Assembly: GCA_950073265.1 (NCBI GenBank)
Contig: CATMPJ010000003.1
Span: 1 to 63,057, forward strand
Direction of reading: 5' to 3'
Source of the DNA: an uncultured bacterium
GTDB lineage: Bacteria; Patescibacteriota; Minisyncoccia; Phycocordibacterales; UBA918
Length of the DNA: 63,057 nt
Shown here: piece by piece, positions 25,700 to 36,497 of the stretch
Numbering within the stretch: the stretch's first letter is position 1
Layout: every line of letters begins with the position of its first letter
Made by a program: the position numbers and the translations under genes
Notes under the pieces: generated by a model
Databases searched by the model: none
Seen by the model: the letters and a program-made list of their open reading frames with translations, nothing else
Told to the model about the DNA's origin: nothing

Positions 25700-26851
25700 C
25701 TATTTATCCTTTATCACACTCGCTACCATTTTCACCAAGTTTGGAGTAGTGACTGCCGGAATAATTTCTTTGGCGGTTGGTTTTTTAACCAGTCCAGCTA
25801 TCTTTTTTGCTGCTGCGAGTTTCATGTCATCAGTAATCACTGACACCTTGTTATTTAAAGCGCCTCGGAACACACCTGGAAACGCCAATGAGTTATTAAC
25901 CTGATTAGGGAAATCAGAACGACCGGTAGCAACCACGGCGGCGCCAGCCCGCTTTGCATCGACTGGCATTATTTCAGGGATTGGGTTTGCTAATGCAAAC
26001 ACTATAGGATCTTTCGCCATCTGTTTGATGTGCGCTTGTGCAATTGTGCCCGGCCCAGAAACACCAATCACGACGTCCGCATCAGTCAACGCGACCATTA
26101 CGTCTCCTTCAATTCTGTTTGGGTTAGTGCGTTTTGCTAAATCTTTTTTGTATCCCTCAAGATCGCTTCTCCCTTCGTAGATAATTCCTTTTGCGTCACA
26201 CACCAGTACCTCCTGCACACCGGCTTTATGTAACAGCAGAGCAATGGCTCGTCCAGCTGCCCCGGCACCAATAATCACCACCTTGGAAGATTCTAATTGT
26301 TTTTTTATCACCTTAGTCGCATTAATAAGACCAGCCAAAACCACAATCGCTGTACCGTGCTGATCATCATGCATAACTGGAATATCTAGCTCTTTTTTTA
26401 ACCGCTCTTCAATCTCAAAACACTTAGGTGCTGCAATGTCTTCAAGATTAATACCACCAAATGTGGGCGCTATTGCTTTGACTGCGGCAATAATTTCTTC
26501 AGTATCTTGCGTTCCTAGCACAATTGGAAATCCGTCGATACTGGCCATTTCTTTGAAAATCGCGCACTTTCCTTCCATTACTGGCAACGCACCAAGCGGG
26601 CCGAGATTACCAAGACCAAGAACAGCCGAGCCGTCACTAACCACCGCAACGCTGTTTCCTTTCATCGTATACGTGCGTGCGTCTTGGGGTTTTTTTGCAA
26701 TATGACTTGAGACTGCGCCAACACCAGGAGTATACATGGTACTCCATTCGTCTTTGGTTTTAAGTTTACCCTTACTTACCACCTCAAGCTTACCTTGAAG
26801 TCTTTTGTGCAGCGCTAGTGCGAGTTTGTTGTAGTCTTTTTTTGTTGCCAT
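25700..26851 (-). CDS. NAD(P)-dependent malic enzyme (short form)
   Basis: The 383-aa product shows the malic-enzyme pattern (YTPGV, VVSDGSAVLGLGN, GINLEDI, IIGAGAAG). Confidence 0.9.
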   Translation of the reverse strand: MATKKDYNKLALALHKRLQGKLEVVSKGKLKTKDEWSTMYTPGVGAVSSHIAKKPQDARTYTMKGNSVAVVSDGSAVLGLGNLGPLGALPVMEGKCAIFKEMASIDGFPIVLGTQDTEEIIAAVKAIAPTFGGINLEDIAAPKCFEIEERLKKELDIPVMHDDQHGTAIVVLAGLINATKVIKKQLESSKVVIIGAGAAGRAIALLLHKAGVQEVLVCDAKGIIYEGRSDLEGYKKDLAKRTNPNRIEGDVMVALTDADVVIGVSGPGTIAQAHIKQMAKDPIVFALANPIPEIMPVDAKRAGAAVVATGRSDFPNQVNNSLAFPGVFRGALNNKVSVITDDMKLAAAKKIAGLVKKPTAKEIIPAVTTPNLVKMVASVIKDK

Positions 26852-26980
26852 ATTATTTTGAAACAGAAACCGTAGTATATCAGAAATAAAAAACCACCAT
26901 GCAGTACTGATTGACTACAAGGTGGCTGCGGTGGGCGCCTGACGGCGCCCACCAACGAACCTGTTTGACCCGTCGCTTCG

Positions 26981-27160
26981 CTACAAACGATTAAGCGCGT
27001 CCATCATCGCGAGACGAGCCGGACTAGCGCCTTTCCGAGTGTCCGTACGAACATCTGGCGCATATTCCATCACCGCCTTCGCAGGGTCTCCCGCAACCGG
27101 CTTCTTACTGGGGCGACGATCGCGGCGGAAAGCGGGCGTATTTATTCCTCCCATTACCAT
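26981..27160 (-). CDS. Small basic hypothetical protein (about 58 aa)
   Basis: AAGGAG lies upstream of tandem ATGs at 27160 and 27154. The GC-rich hairpin ggtgggcgcc-tgac-ggcgcccacc follows the stop. No family recognised. Confidence 0.35.
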   Translation of the reverse strand: MVMGGINTPAFRRDRRPSKKPVAGDPAKAVMEYAPDVRTDTRKGASPARLAMMDALNRL

Positions 27161-27365
27161 TAACTCCTTTAGGTCTTTTGGGAGTAGATTTTTACCATCA
27201 ACTCTTTTCTGAGTCAACAGGAACAACTAACATAGTACTTTGTCACAACTTATATAGATAAAAAATTAAGTATTGTATATAAAAATAAAACACCTATAGA
27301 AAATCTATAAGTGTCGGCTGGTGTGGAGCAAAGCGCTCGCACTCGCCCCACACCAGCGTGGGACG

Positions 27366-27671
27366 TCAGGCCGCGGCTTGGACTTCCTTGTCCTCGATCA
27401 AACTGATTTCGCTTGCCTTGGTTTTTCCTTCATACATCACCATCTTGAATCGCACGCGATCTCCTGCAGTTAGAGTTGCATGTAATTCTGGTGGTACATC
27501 AGAAATGTGCAGAAAAACTGTCTGACAGCGATAATCGATTTTGATGAATCCGTATCGCTTTTCTTTCTTGAACCACTCAATGGTTCCTTCGAGAAATTCG
27601 CCCTCGTTCAATACCTGAGGGGACGGAAGTTCCTTGGACGCCGTGTCCTGACTTTTTACTTTGTCGGTCAA
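27366..27671 (-). CDS. Cold-shock-domain protein with an N-terminal extension
   Basis: GTIEWFKKEKRYGFI...VFLHISDV is CspA-like. TTG start with AGGAGG 5 nt upstream. A hairpin follows the stop. Confidence 0.7.
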   Translation of the reverse strand: MTDKVKSQDTASKELPSPQVLNEGEFLEGTIEWFKKEKRYGFIKIDYRCQTVFLHISDVPPELHATLTAGDRVRFKMVMYEGKTKASEISLIEDKEVQAAA

Positions 27672-27790
27672 ATTGACCTCCTTAATTGTGTTGTACTTTT
27701 GTCACTGTAAGCGACCTCAAAAAAATAGCACAAAATATTACTATCGTCAAGTATATATTTTCAAGGTGGTTTTGTTGCTACAATACCATT

Positions 27791-29968
27791 ATGCAACCAT
27801 CCGACCTGCTATCTCAACATTTCCGTATTGATATCGGTCACCAAAAGGCACTTAAAAGACTTCGTATCTCGACCATCAATGATTTGCTATATCACCTCCC
27901 TGCTCGGTATGAGGATATTTCCGATGTGCAGTCAGTTGAAGGACTAGAGAAAGGGCAAGAAGCGGTTGTCTATGGTCAACTATCTGGGCTCAAGACACGC
28001 AAAGCCTGGAAGAGTAAAAAACCAATCGCTGAAGGTTACGTTGAAGATGGTTCAGCCAAAATAAAAATTATGTGGTTTAACCAACCATACATCGCGAAGA
28101 TGTATGCTGATGGCATGTACGTTAAATTAGCCGGCAAGGTAGCCGGTAGTGAAGGCAAGCTGTATCTATCAAATCCTGAAGTCGAACCTCTCGATGCATT
28201 ACCGATTGATCGACATGATTCTATATTTAAAGATACTGAAACGACTGACGACACCATCTATCCGGTATACCGAGAGACAAAAGACATTACTAGTAAGTGG
28301 CTATACCATACGGTGCTAAAGTGTTTTGAAAAAGATGTTCTCAAAACCTTGCGCGATCCCATTCCGGAAGCAATTCTCAAAAAATATCATCTGCCGGACT
28401 TAGCAACCGCCCTGGTGTGGGTGCATTCGCCGAAGAAAGCTGAGCACGCCGAAAGCGCACGTAAACGCTTCGCGTTTGAAGAAGTGTTTTACATTCAAGT
28501 GCAGAAGGCATTAGAGCGCGCAGCTGTAAGTGCCGCAAACACCTATACATTTAAAACCAATCCTGAACACGTAAAAGAATTTGTCGACCGCTTTCCATTC
28601 ACTCTTACTGAGTCTCAAGATAAATCCATTACGACTATTCTGGAAGATTTTAACGGTACTCATGCGATGGGTCGTTTGCTCGAAGGTGATGTTGGTTCTG
28701 GCAAAACGGCGGTCGCGGCGACAACGGCTTATGCTGTTGCCACGTCGCGACCGCCCGAAGGCCTCGGTAAAAAATTAGAGTTTGGTAACTTACAAGTCGC
28801 TTATATGGCCCCGACCGAAATTCTTGCTAAGCAACACTTCGAAAGTTTCATTGAGTATTTTAAACACCTACCCATTCAAATTGGCCTCATCACCGGTAGT
28901 GGCTGCCAAAAGTTTCCTTCTAAAAGCAATCCGGACAAACCAACCAATATCTCAAAAGCGCAGCTACTAAAGTGGGTAAAAAATGGCGAAGTACCCATCT
29001 TGATTGGTACGCACGCCCTGATATATAAATCAGTTGAATTCAAACATCTTGCGTATGTGATTATTGATGAGCAACATCGGTTTGGTACTAACCAGCGCAA
29101 ACAGCTCGCAAAAAAAGATGCTCGCCTCCCCCACCTACTCTCCATGACCGCTACTCCTATTCCGCGCACTTTGGCACTAACGATTTACGGTGATTTAGAT
29201 ATCACACTCCTTGATCAGATGCCGGCCGGCCGAAAACCGGTCATCACTAAGGTAATTGGTCCGGCACAAACCGACGAAATGTACGAACATGTCCGCAGCG
29301 AACTATTGGCCGGCCGGCAAGCGTACGTCATCTGTCCTCGCATCGATGAACCCGACCTAAACAAGCAATCTGCTATCAATGCAAAGAGTGTCATAGCCGA
29401 AGCAAAGCGACTTAAGAAGAACGTGTTTCAAGACGCTCTTATTGAATGCTTGCACGGCAAAATGACACCAAAGGAAAAGGATGACGTTATGCGACGCTTT
29501 AATAATCACGATATTGATGTACTGGTGGCAACATCGGTTGTAGAGGTTGGAGTAAATGTTCCTAATGCCACCAACATCATAATCGAAGGTGCTGAACGAT
29601 TCGGTTTAGCCCAATTACACCAATTACGGGGTCGTGTGTTGAGGGGAACGCACCAGCCCTATTGTTTTGCCGTAACTGAAAGCAAAAGTGAGAAAACCCA
29701 AGAACGTCTTAAAGCATTAGCTACAGCAAAAAATGGTTTTGAGCTGGCTGAACATGATCTACAGTTTCGTGGCAGCGGCGAATTGTATGGTGCAAAGCAA
29801 TCTGGTCTAACCGACCTTGGGATGGAAGCTATCAAAAATCTCAAACTCGTTGAAGCGGCCCGCAACGAAGCTCGTCACCTAGTCGGACAACATCCTGACC
29901 TACGTAAAGCATTTCCATTAATCGCTACTCGGGTTGCTGCAATCAGCGAAACCTTACACATGGAATAA
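27791..29968 (+). CDS. recG: ATP-dependent DNA helicase RecG
   Basis: GDVGSGKT, DEQHRFG and TATPIPRTLA motifs plus the wedge domain. The start was moved to the ATG at 27791 (MQPSDLL), because the upstream part of the track ORF overlaps the csp promoter region. Confidence 0.9.
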   Translation: MQPSDLLSQHFRIDIGHQKALKRLRISTINDLLYHLPARYEDISDVQSVEGLEKGQEAVVYGQLSGLKTRKAWKSKKPIAEGYVEDGSAKIKIMWFNQPYIAKMYADGMYVKLAGKVAGSEGKLYLSNPEVEPLDALPIDRHDSIFKDTETTDDTIYPVYRETKDITSKWLYHTVLKCFEKDVLKTLRDPIPEAILKKYHLPDLATALVWVHSPKKAEHAESARKRFAFEEVFYIQVQKALERAAVSAANTYTFKTNPEHVKEFVDRFPFTLTESQDKSITTILEDFNGTHAMGRLLEGDVGSGKTAVAATTAYAVATSRPPEGLGKKLEFGNLQVAYMAPTEILAKQHFESFIEYFKHLPIQIGLITGSGCQKFPSKSNPDKPTNISKAQLLKWVKNGEVPILIGTHALIYKSVEFKHLAYVIIDEQHRFGTNQRKQLAKKDARLPHLLSMTATPIPRTLALTIYGDLDITLLDQMPAGRKPVITKVIGPAQTDEMYEHVRSELLAGRQAYVICPRIDEPDLNKQSAINAKSVIAEAKRLKKNVFQDALIECLHGKMTPKEKDDVMRRFNNHDIDVLVATSVVEVGVNVPNATNIIIEGAERFGLAQLHQLRGRVLRGTHQPYCFAVTESKSEKTQERLKALATAKNGFELAEHDLQFRGSGELYGAKQSGLTDLGMEAIKNLKLVEAARNEARHLVGQHPDLRKAFPLIATRVAAISETLHME

Positions 29969-29978
29969 ATATGCAAAT

Positions 29979-30006
29979 GGGCCGCGCGGATGGTAACGCG
30001 CGGCCC
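29979..30006. terminator. GC-rich hairpin after recG
   Basis: gggccgcgcg-gatggtaa-cgcgcggccc, 11 nt after the recG stop. Confidence 0.7.
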
Positions 30007-30202
30007 GAGGGGATTTCCGACCCCCATGACTTTTTCGGCAGGTAGCTAGGCTGCCCTTAGGTCGTTTCGTCACAGCGACCGCAAGATGCTTCAAACCCCC
30101 TTTCTCGCAGTGAGGTTGGACGCTGTTTGCGGCGGACCAGTGTGCGAGATTTTCATCATACATCTCCAGACAAGGGGCTACTTCCGACTATGGACCTTGC
30201 CT
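30007..30202 (-). ncRNA. Candidate structured small RNA of unknown class, or a carrier of a 21-aa sORF
   Basis: Minus-strand promoter-like TTACAG (30231-36), 16-nt spacer, TATAAA (30209-14). A chain of short GC stems follows (GGGGG/CCCC, GGCAG/CUGCC, GGUCG/CGACC, CCGCAA/UUGCGG), ending at the 29979-30006 hairpin. The 69-aa track ORF reads through that terminator and is implausible. Confidence 0.25.
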
Positions 30203-30289
30203 AATCTATTTATACGCCTGTCACCTAACGCTGTAAAATGTTTGTTTGTGACTAACTAACTTATGCGGTATAGTTTTTGGCACCAACTT

Positions 30290-30363
30290 CCGTGTGTAGC
30301 TCAGTTGGTTAGAGCGCAGAGCTTATACCTCTGTGGTCCCTGGTTCGAGTCCAGGCACACGGA
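30290..30363 (+). tRNA. tRNA-Ile (anticodon UAU)
   Basis: Hand-folded: CCGTGTG/CACACGG acceptor, GCTC/GAGC D stem, CAGAG-CTTATAC-CTCTG anticodon arm (positions 34-36 = TAT), CCTGG-TTCGAGT-CCAGG T arm, discriminator A. No CCA is encoded. Confidence 0.85.
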
Positions 30364-30407
30364 CAAAAGCATTTTGACTAAAATTTAGCTGCTATACTAA
30401 TAAGCAA

Positions 30408-31895
30408 ATGAGTAAGCAACAGCGGACTATTTTGGTTCTTGGAGCAGTCGTCTTAGTAATCGGCACGGTGCTGTGGGTGGTATTTTCTAGACCAGAAAAT
30501 ACCCAAGCTGAAGCGGTTGTCGATCGTGGTGACGTAACTCGTTCAATCACTGTGTCCGGCTATCTTGAAGCTGATAATGTGGCTGATTTATCCTTCCCGC
30601 AATCAGCTAGAATCACCGCCCTTCTAGTACGTGAAGGTGATTGGGTTTCCGCCGGCGACGTTTTAGCTACCACTGGAAATGGCGCACTGGCGGCAGAGCG
30701 ACGAGCAGCCAGCGCCAACGTCACAGAAGCTGTAGCTGCCCGCGATGAGTTACTCAACGGCCTCACTTTAGAAGCTAGGGCGGTCAGTGGTAGCACGGTT
30801 GCACAGGCTGCAGAAGCATTGGCAACAACCAGAGTAACGGAAGCAAATCGTGTCGCCCAAGCAAGAGCAAACTTATATTCAACCGACCTCGTCGCGCGTA
30901 GTACTGATGCGAAGGAAGACGCAACAAGACCTACTGTCTCAGGCTCGTACCAATGTAAGGAAAGTGGCGTCTATACATTACAAGTGTATCGTTCAAATGC
31001 CGACTCAGGATATTCCCTCAGAATTTCAGGATTAGAATCTGATACGAAGAGCGTTAGCTATACGCAGCCTGTTGCAATCGGCGATTGCGGGCTAAGTGTA
31101 CAATTTACTGAGGGTGATCTATATAGCAACAGCGTCTGGGAGATTACTATTCCCAACGAAAACAGCAGTACATATTTAAGTCGATTAAGAACTTACGAAC
31201 TCACTGTTGCCCAAGCCGAACAAAACATAACTGCTGCTGAATATACCTATCAACTAGCACAAGACGTTGCTACACGAGACACAGCGGCACCACGCGTTGA
31301 AGCAATGTTAGCAGCAAACGCTGCGGTTGTGAGCGCACAGGCAAACCTTGAGCGAATTGATGCGCTTTTAGGAGACGAGGTCTTAGTAGCGCCGTTTGAC
31401 GGTATTGTCAGTAACATTACTACTCGTGAAGGTGAAACGGCCACTGGTCCGGTACTTAGCGTGGTAGCAAACGATAGGTTTACCCTAATAGCGCGCATTC
31501 CAGAAATTGATATCACACGGGTTAAAACTCAACAACCAGCCGTGGTCTTTTTTGATGCAGCGCGCGATACACCTATTACTGCTTCGGTGTCATACATTGC
31601 ACCAACCGCCAGCGTGATTGACGGCGTTTCATATTACGAGACAAGTCTAACTTTACAATCATATCCCGATTGGTTACGTGATGGACTCAATGCTGATATC
31701 GATATTGAAATTGAGAACCAAACTGACGTACTTCGTATACCCACAAGATTCATTAGTACCGAAAAAGAAGCAACGGTTCTTGTCCGAAAAGGCAATACAA
31801 TAGCTAGTTCTAGTGTAAATATTTTGTTAACTGGAACAGATGGCTATGCAGCAATTAGTGGCTTAAAAGAAGGTGACACCGTAGTCGCTCCTTAA
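30408..31895 (+). CDS. HlyD/MacA-family periplasmic adaptor
   Basis: N-terminal TM helix, lipoyl-like hairpin halves (VSAGDVLATT...LVAPFDGIVSNI), a long Ala-rich coiled coil, and a C-terminal beta domain. Confidence 0.7.
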   Translation: MSKQQRTILVLGAVVLVIGTVLWVVFSRPENTQAEAVVDRGDVTRSITVSGYLEADNVADLSFPQSARITALLVREGDWVSAGDVLATTGNGALAAERRAASANVTEAVAARDELLNGLTLEARAVSGSTVAQAAEALATTRVTEANRVAQARANLYSTDLVARSTDAKEDATRPTVSGSYQCKESGVYTLQVYRSNADSGYSLRISGLESDTKSVSYTQPVAIGDCGLSVQFTEGDLYSNSVWEITIPNENSSTYLSRLRTYELTVAQAEQNITAAEYTYQLAQDVATRDTAAPRVEAMLAANAAVVSAQANLERIDALLGDEVLVAPFDGIVSNITTREGETATGPVLSVVANDRFTLIARIPEIDITRVKTQQPAVVFFDAARDTPITASVSYIAPTASVIDGVSYYETSLTLQSYPDWLRDGLNADIDIEIENQTDVLRIPTRFISTEKEATVLVRKGNTIASSSVNILLTGTDGYAAISGLKEGDTVVAP

Positions 31896-31898
31896 ACC

Positions 31899-33146
31899 AT
31901 GTCTGCTCTTCGCATCGGATTATTACTGGGTTGGCGACAAATCCAACGTGCCAATATTTGGACCACATCACTCATCATTTTTGTAATGATGCTTACGTTT
32001 CTTAACCTCATTGTGGTATCTGGAGTCTTGGTTGGTCTTATTGCCGGTGCTGAACGGGCGGTTAAGGCTGAATCACTGGGAGACATTGTCATCAGTGAGT
32101 TAGATGGTGAAGATAGAATTTTAGAAACAGAAGCCCTGGTTAGAGCAATTGAGACCTATGATGAGATACAAAATTATTCAGTGCGTTATCAGGGTTCAGC
32201 GATATTAGAAGCCAATTACAAAGAGCGGCGTAATCTGGCCGCCGAACGTGATATCGCAAACGCGACAGTAACCGGTATCGATCCGGCGCAGGAAGACGCC
32301 ATGTCAGGCTTAAGCGACAATCTCATTGCTGGTGAGTACCTAAATCCTGACGAAGAAGGCTACATCTTGATTGGCTACTACTATCTAGAAGAGAACGCTG
32401 AACAGTTTGGCGATATCTTCGACACCTTAAGTAACATCGCTCCAGGTGTACCAGTGCGGTTGACTGCTGGAGACGTTTCAAAAGAATTTATTGTCAAAGG
32501 TATCGTTCAGTCTAAAGTAGACGAAGTGTCACTCAATACGTATATTCCTGAACGAGAATTTAGACGCCTGTTTGGTCGCCTTAATCCGGACGCTGATCAA
32601 ATTGTAATCAGAGTAGCCAAACCCGAACAAGACAGTACCGTACAACGAGGACTTATTGCGTCTGGTTTTGCTGACTATGCAAAAATCCAACTCTATGAAG
32701 AAGCAAAACCAAAATTCATCACTGACATTAAAAATACAATGAATCTACTGGGGACCTTTATTGGATCTATCGGTATTGTAGTAGCTTCAATCACGATCTT
32801 TATCATTATCTTCATCAATGCTATTTCTAGGCGTCAGCAAATTGGTATTCTCAAAGGTATCGGTATTGAGCGCCGAGCAATTGAAATTGCCTACGTGATT
32901 CAAGCAGCTTTCTATGCGCTGTTGGGTTCAGCTTTGGGGGCATTGCTTACTTATGGTTTCTTGATTGGTTTTTTTGAGCGCAATCCGATTAAGTTTCCCT
33001 TTAGTGACGGAATCTTAGTTGCACCCCCAGAAGAAACATTTATTCGTTTCGTAGTGTTGTTTGTCATCACGCTAGTAGCTGGCTTTGTGCCCGCTTGGCT
33101 CATTGTCAAACAAAACACCCTTAACTCCATTCTGGGTAGAAAGTAA
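31899..33146 (+). CDS. FtsX/MacB-type ABC transporter permease
   Basis: N-terminal TM helix, a large extracytoplasmic domain, and a C-terminal FtsX 3-TM bundle (RRQQIGILKGIGI). Confidence 0.8.
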   Translation: MSALRIGLLLGWRQIQRANIWTTSLIIFVMMLTFLNLIVVSGVLVGLIAGAERAVKAESLGDIVISELDGEDRILETEALVRAIETYDEIQNYSVRYQGSAILEANYKERRNLAAERDIANATVTGIDPAQEDAMSGLSDNLIAGEYLNPDEEGYILIGYYYLEENAEQFGDIFDTLSNIAPGVPVRLTAGDVSKEFIVKGIVQSKVDEVSLNTYIPEREFRRLFGRLNPDADQIVIRVAKPEQDSTVQRGLIASGFADYAKIQLYEEAKPKFITDIKNTMNLLGTFIGSIGIVVASITIFIIIFINAISRRQQIGILKGIGIERRAIEIAYVIQAAFYALLGSALGALLTYGFLIGFFERNPIKFPFSDGILVAPPEETFIRFVVLFVITLVAGFVPAWLIVKQNTLNSILGRK

Positions 33147-33147
33147 T

Positions 33148-33831
33148 ATGGCTATAATTGAAGCACAAAGCATTCATAGACGATTTGGAGAAGGTGATCT
33201 AGTGGCTCACATTCTTAAGGGTATCAATATAAAAATTGAACCGGGTGAATTTGTTGCAATTATGGGCAAATCTGGCGCCGGCAAATCTACGCTCATGTAC
33301 CAGCTGTCAGTGTTGGATACACCGAGTGAGGGATCAGTGATTATTGATGATGTCGATGTCGCTAGTCTGGAAGAACATGAACGCACTAGTTTCCGCTTAC
33401 GTACACTCGGGTATATTTTTCAAAATTATGCGCTTGTGCCTGATCTTTCTGCTCGTGAGAATGTCATGTTGCCGCTCTTAATGAAAAATTTATCCTGGCA
33501 AGAAGCAAAACAGGTAGCAGGAACAGCGATTGACAGTGTTGGGTTACAGGGAAAATATGAGAATCTTCCCGCTGAACTCTCTGGCGGCGAACAACAACGG
33601 GTAGCAATCGCGCGCGCAATTGCAGGAAAGCCAAAAATTATTTTTGCTGATGAACCAACTGCCAATCTTGATTCGGTTTCAGGCAAACAAGTAATTGATC
33701 TTCTTACTGAGTTACACCGAAGTCACCAACACACTATTGTCATGGTGACCCACGAGCGTGAATACGCCACTAACTGTACGCGTATTGTCGACATGGAAGA
33801 CGGTCGAATAGTAAGTGATGTACCGAATTAA
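33148..33831 (+). CDS. ABC transporter ATP-binding protein (MacB/LolD-type)
   Basis: [23 protein letters not shown] and IFADEPT motifs. Start set at the ATG at 33148. Confidence 0.9.
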   Translation: MAIIEAQSIHRRFGEGDLVAHILKGINIKIEPGEFVAIMGKSGAGKSTLMYQLSVLDTPSEGSVIIDDVDVASLEEHERTSFRLRTLGYIFQNYALVPDLSARENVMLPLLMKNLSWQEAKQVAGTAIDSVGLQGKYENLPAELSGGEQQRVAIARAIAGKPKIIFADEPTANLDSVSGKQVIDLLTELHRSHQHTIVMVTHEREYATNCTRIVDMEDGRIVSDVPN

Positions 33832-35924
33832 ATATTCCCCTCAGCATCTGGAGCAATCACTTTGCTCGGGTCTGCGCCACGTTCTTCGCCGTACTTTTCT
33901 TTAAAGGCATCTCTAATTTCAACGCCATGTTTCTTGAGCTCAGCTTCATATTCTTCCCGCTCAAGTACTTCAACTTCGGCGAGCTTCTTTGAGATAGCGT
34001 GCAGAGCATCAATGTTGTCTTCAAGCACTTTCTTGGCGCGCTCCTTCCCTTCTTCAATAATTCGATTTACTTCTTCGTCAATAAGCTTCGCTGTCTGCGC
34101 ACCGTGGCGGCTGCCACGACTCTCTTCCCCACTAAGTAAACGACTACTTGAAGCTTCAAGCGCAACCGGACCAATCTTTTCGCTCATACCGTATTTAGTC
34201 ACCATGTCTCGGGCCGTACCTGCAACAACCTGCAAGTCATTTGATGGGCCAGTCGACAAGTCACCAAAAATCATCTGCTCAGTCACATACCCACCGAGTG
34301 TCATTGCAATATCATCAAGGAATTCGTTTTTGGTGTGCATGCGTCGATCTTGGTCAGGTAACTTCAGTGTGTAACCAGCAGCCCGACCGCGTGAGATGAT
34401 AGACACTTTTTGAACCGGATCAGCGTACGGAAGGACTGACGCCACCAACGCGTGTCCCATTTCGTGATACGCAGTTACGAGCTTTTCGTGCTTAGAAAGC
34501 ACGTGACTTTTCCGTTCAGGACCAAGCATCACTTTCTCAATTGAACGAATCAAGTCAAACTGACCAACCTTTTTACGGTTTTCACGAGCGGCAACGATCG
34601 CTCCTTCGTTCATCAGTGAGTAAAGATCGGCGCCAGAAAAACCAGGTGTTCGCTGCGCGATAATATCAAGATTCACGTCTTCCGCGAGCGGCTTCTTGCG
34701 AGCGTGTACTTGAAGAATCTCTTCGCGATCTTTTCGGTCTGGCAAATCAATAGTTACCCGACGATCAAAACGTCCAGGTCGTAGTAGTGCTGGGTCAAGT
34801 ACATCCGGACGGTTTGTAGCTGCCATTACGATAACTTTTGCATTCGGTTCAAAACCATCCATTTCTACCAAGATTTGGTTGAGGGTTTGTTCCCGTTCGT
34901 CGTTACCCCCACCAACTCCAGAACCACGGGCGCGACCCACCGCATCAATTTCGTCAACGAAGATAATGGCTGGTGCGTTCTTCTTTGCCATTTGGAACAA
35001 GTCACGTACACGAGACGCACCCACACCCACAAACATCTCCACAAACTCCGAACCTGAAATTGAGAAGAATGGCACACCAGCCTCCCCTGCTACTGCACGA
35101 GCAAGAAGCGTCTTGCCTGTTCCTGGTGAACCCATCATCATTACACCCTTTGGAATCTCAGCGCCAATGTCGAGGAATTTTTTAGGATTTTTTAGGAAAT
35201 CAACAATCTCCATCAACTCTAGTTTCGCTTCTTTGGCACCAGCCACGTCCGCAAATGTCACTTTCTTTGAACCATCATTAGGATCAATCATGCGCGCCTT
35301 ACTCGAACCAAAACTCATTGCTTGCATCCCAGCCCCTTTTACAGAACGGGTGAAGAACCAAATAATCACACCGAGAAATAGTAGTGGGAATAAGAATGGT
35401 GCAAACTGACCAAACCAGTACAAGAAGCCAGTCTCACGTTGTACATCAATTTTTACTCCAGCCAATTCTTCGGTAGATACACCGAGGTTGGTGAGCGATT
35501 CAGTAATTGAGGCATCAACTTCCCGTTTCGCTTCAGCAGCGTTTCTGGTTTCGTCCTTGTAATCAATTTCAAGCGCCGCGCCTCTTACGACGATGGTTTC
35601 AATTTCACCAGCCTTGACCTGCTGCGCTACTTCAGTAATTGAAAGTTGGTCTGGTTCGTTTCTCGTTTCTGAAATATATGAAAACAACGCGGTGATAAAA
35701 ATCAGCAACAGTAGCGTTGAAAGCATGTTATTCCAAAAATTACCCGGTCCTACTGGTACTTTCTTACGCAGATTTTTCAGATTAATATCCTTGCTCGATT
35801 TAGGCATTGGACGCATTTTTGGCTTTTGTTCAGATTGCTCTTTTGAGTCGTTTGTGGGTTCGGTTGTTTCTGGTGTTTTCAGCTCATTTGACTCTTCTGG
35901 AGCGTCTTTTTTTGGTTCATTCAT
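33828..35924 (-). CDS. ftsH: ATP-dependent zinc metalloprotease FtsH
   Basis: GSPGTGKT, the AAA second region of homology, and HEMGHA. It has a Lys/Glu-rich N-terminal extension of about 60 aa. Confidence 0.95.
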   Translation of the reverse strand: MNEPKKDAPEESNELKTPETTEPTNDSKEQSEQKPKMRPMPKSSKDINLKNLRKKVPVGPGNFWNNMLSTLLLLIFITALFSYISETRNEPDQLSITEVAQQVKAGEIETIVVRGAALEIDYKDETRNAAEAKREVDASITESLTNLGVSTEELAGVKIDVQRETGFLYWFGQFAPFLFPLLFLGVIIWFFTRSVKGAGMQAMSFGSSKARMIDPNDGSKKVTFADVAGAKEAKLELMEIVDFLKNPKKFLDIGAEIPKGVMMMGSPGTGKTLLARAVAGEAGVPFFSISGSEFVEMFVGVGASRVRDLFQMAKKNAPAIIFVDEIDAVGRARGSGVGGGNDEREQTLNQILVEMDGFEPNAKVIVMAATNRPDVLDPALLRPGRFDRRVTIDLPDRKDREEILQVHARKKPLAEDVNLDIIAQRTPGFSGADLYSLMNEGAIVAARENRKKVGQFDLIRSIEKVMLGPERKSHVLSKHEKLVTAYHEMGHALVASVLPYADPVQKVSIISRGRAAGYTLKLPDQDRRMHTKNEFLDDIAMTLGGYVTEQMIFGDLSTGPSNDLQVVAGTARDMVTKYGMSEKIGPVALEASSSRLLSGEESRGSRHGAQTAKLIDEEVNRIIEEGKERAKKVLEDNIDALHAISKKLAEVEVLEREEYEAELKKHGVEIRDAFKEKYGEERGADPSKVIAPDAEGNI

Positions 35925-35989
35925 AGTATGGGCATTATACAGAAATAGCTTAATTTTGCGAGAAATTTGCTATAGTACCAGATACAAAT

Positions 35990-36436
35990 ATGGCGTATAT
36001 CAAAAACCCCAAAGCACACTTTGATTTTGAAATTATCGAGACGTTCGAGGCTGGTTTAGTATTGTCTGGACATGAAGTAAAAGCGATACGAAACGGTATG
36101 GGGAAATTAATCGGTGCTCATGTAGTAGTGCGTGGTGGTGAGGCATTCCTAGTCGGCGCCAATATAAACCCCTTTCAGGTCGCCAATACTCCTAAAAGTT
36201 ATGATTCTGAACGCAGCCGCAAGCTACTGTTATCCAAGAAGGAGTTGGCTGAAATCGAACAAGCCGTTGAAAAAAACCGTTTGACAGCTATCCCACTTTC
36301 GTTGTATAAAAAGGGTAGCAAAATAAAGCTTGAAATTGCAATTGCTCGCGGTAAGAAAAAAGCTGACAAACGTCAGACTATTAAGGAGCGAGATACCAAG
36401 CGCGATATCGAACGTACATTGAAAAATCAGTATTAA
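35990..36436 (+). CDS. smpB: SsrA-binding protein SmpB
   Basis: Typical 148-aa SmpB (NPKAHFDFEI...GHEVKAIR...KLLLSKKE). Confidence 0.95.
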   Translation: MAYIKNPKAHFDFEIIETFEAGLVLSGHEVKAIRNGMGKLIGAHVVVRGGEAFLVGANINPFQVANTPKSYDSERSRKLLLSKKELAEIEQAVEKNRLTAIPLSLYKKGSKIKLEIAIARGKKKADKRQTIKERDTKRDIERTLKNQY

Positions 36437-36497
36437 TATTTGGATACATGAGGGTGGTCATAAGACTACCAAATGCAAATTTCAAGGAGGAAATTAG

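Noticed and set aside
29954-30163. 69-aa minus-strand ORF between recG and tRNA-Ile
   Set aside because: It reads through the GC hairpin that terminates recG and overlaps the recG stop. It has GGAG with zero spacing to its ATG and encodes a low-complexity Arg/Pro/Gly product. The region is better explained as an RNA or as a very short sORF.
30150-30200. Possible SRP (4.5S) RNA because of a C-GGAA-G tetraloop hairpin (CAAGG...GUCGGAAGUAGCCCCUUG)
   Set aside because: The conserved helix-8 context (GGUCC-GGAA-GGAAGCAGC with its symmetric loop) is not present, and the stem next to the loop is too short.
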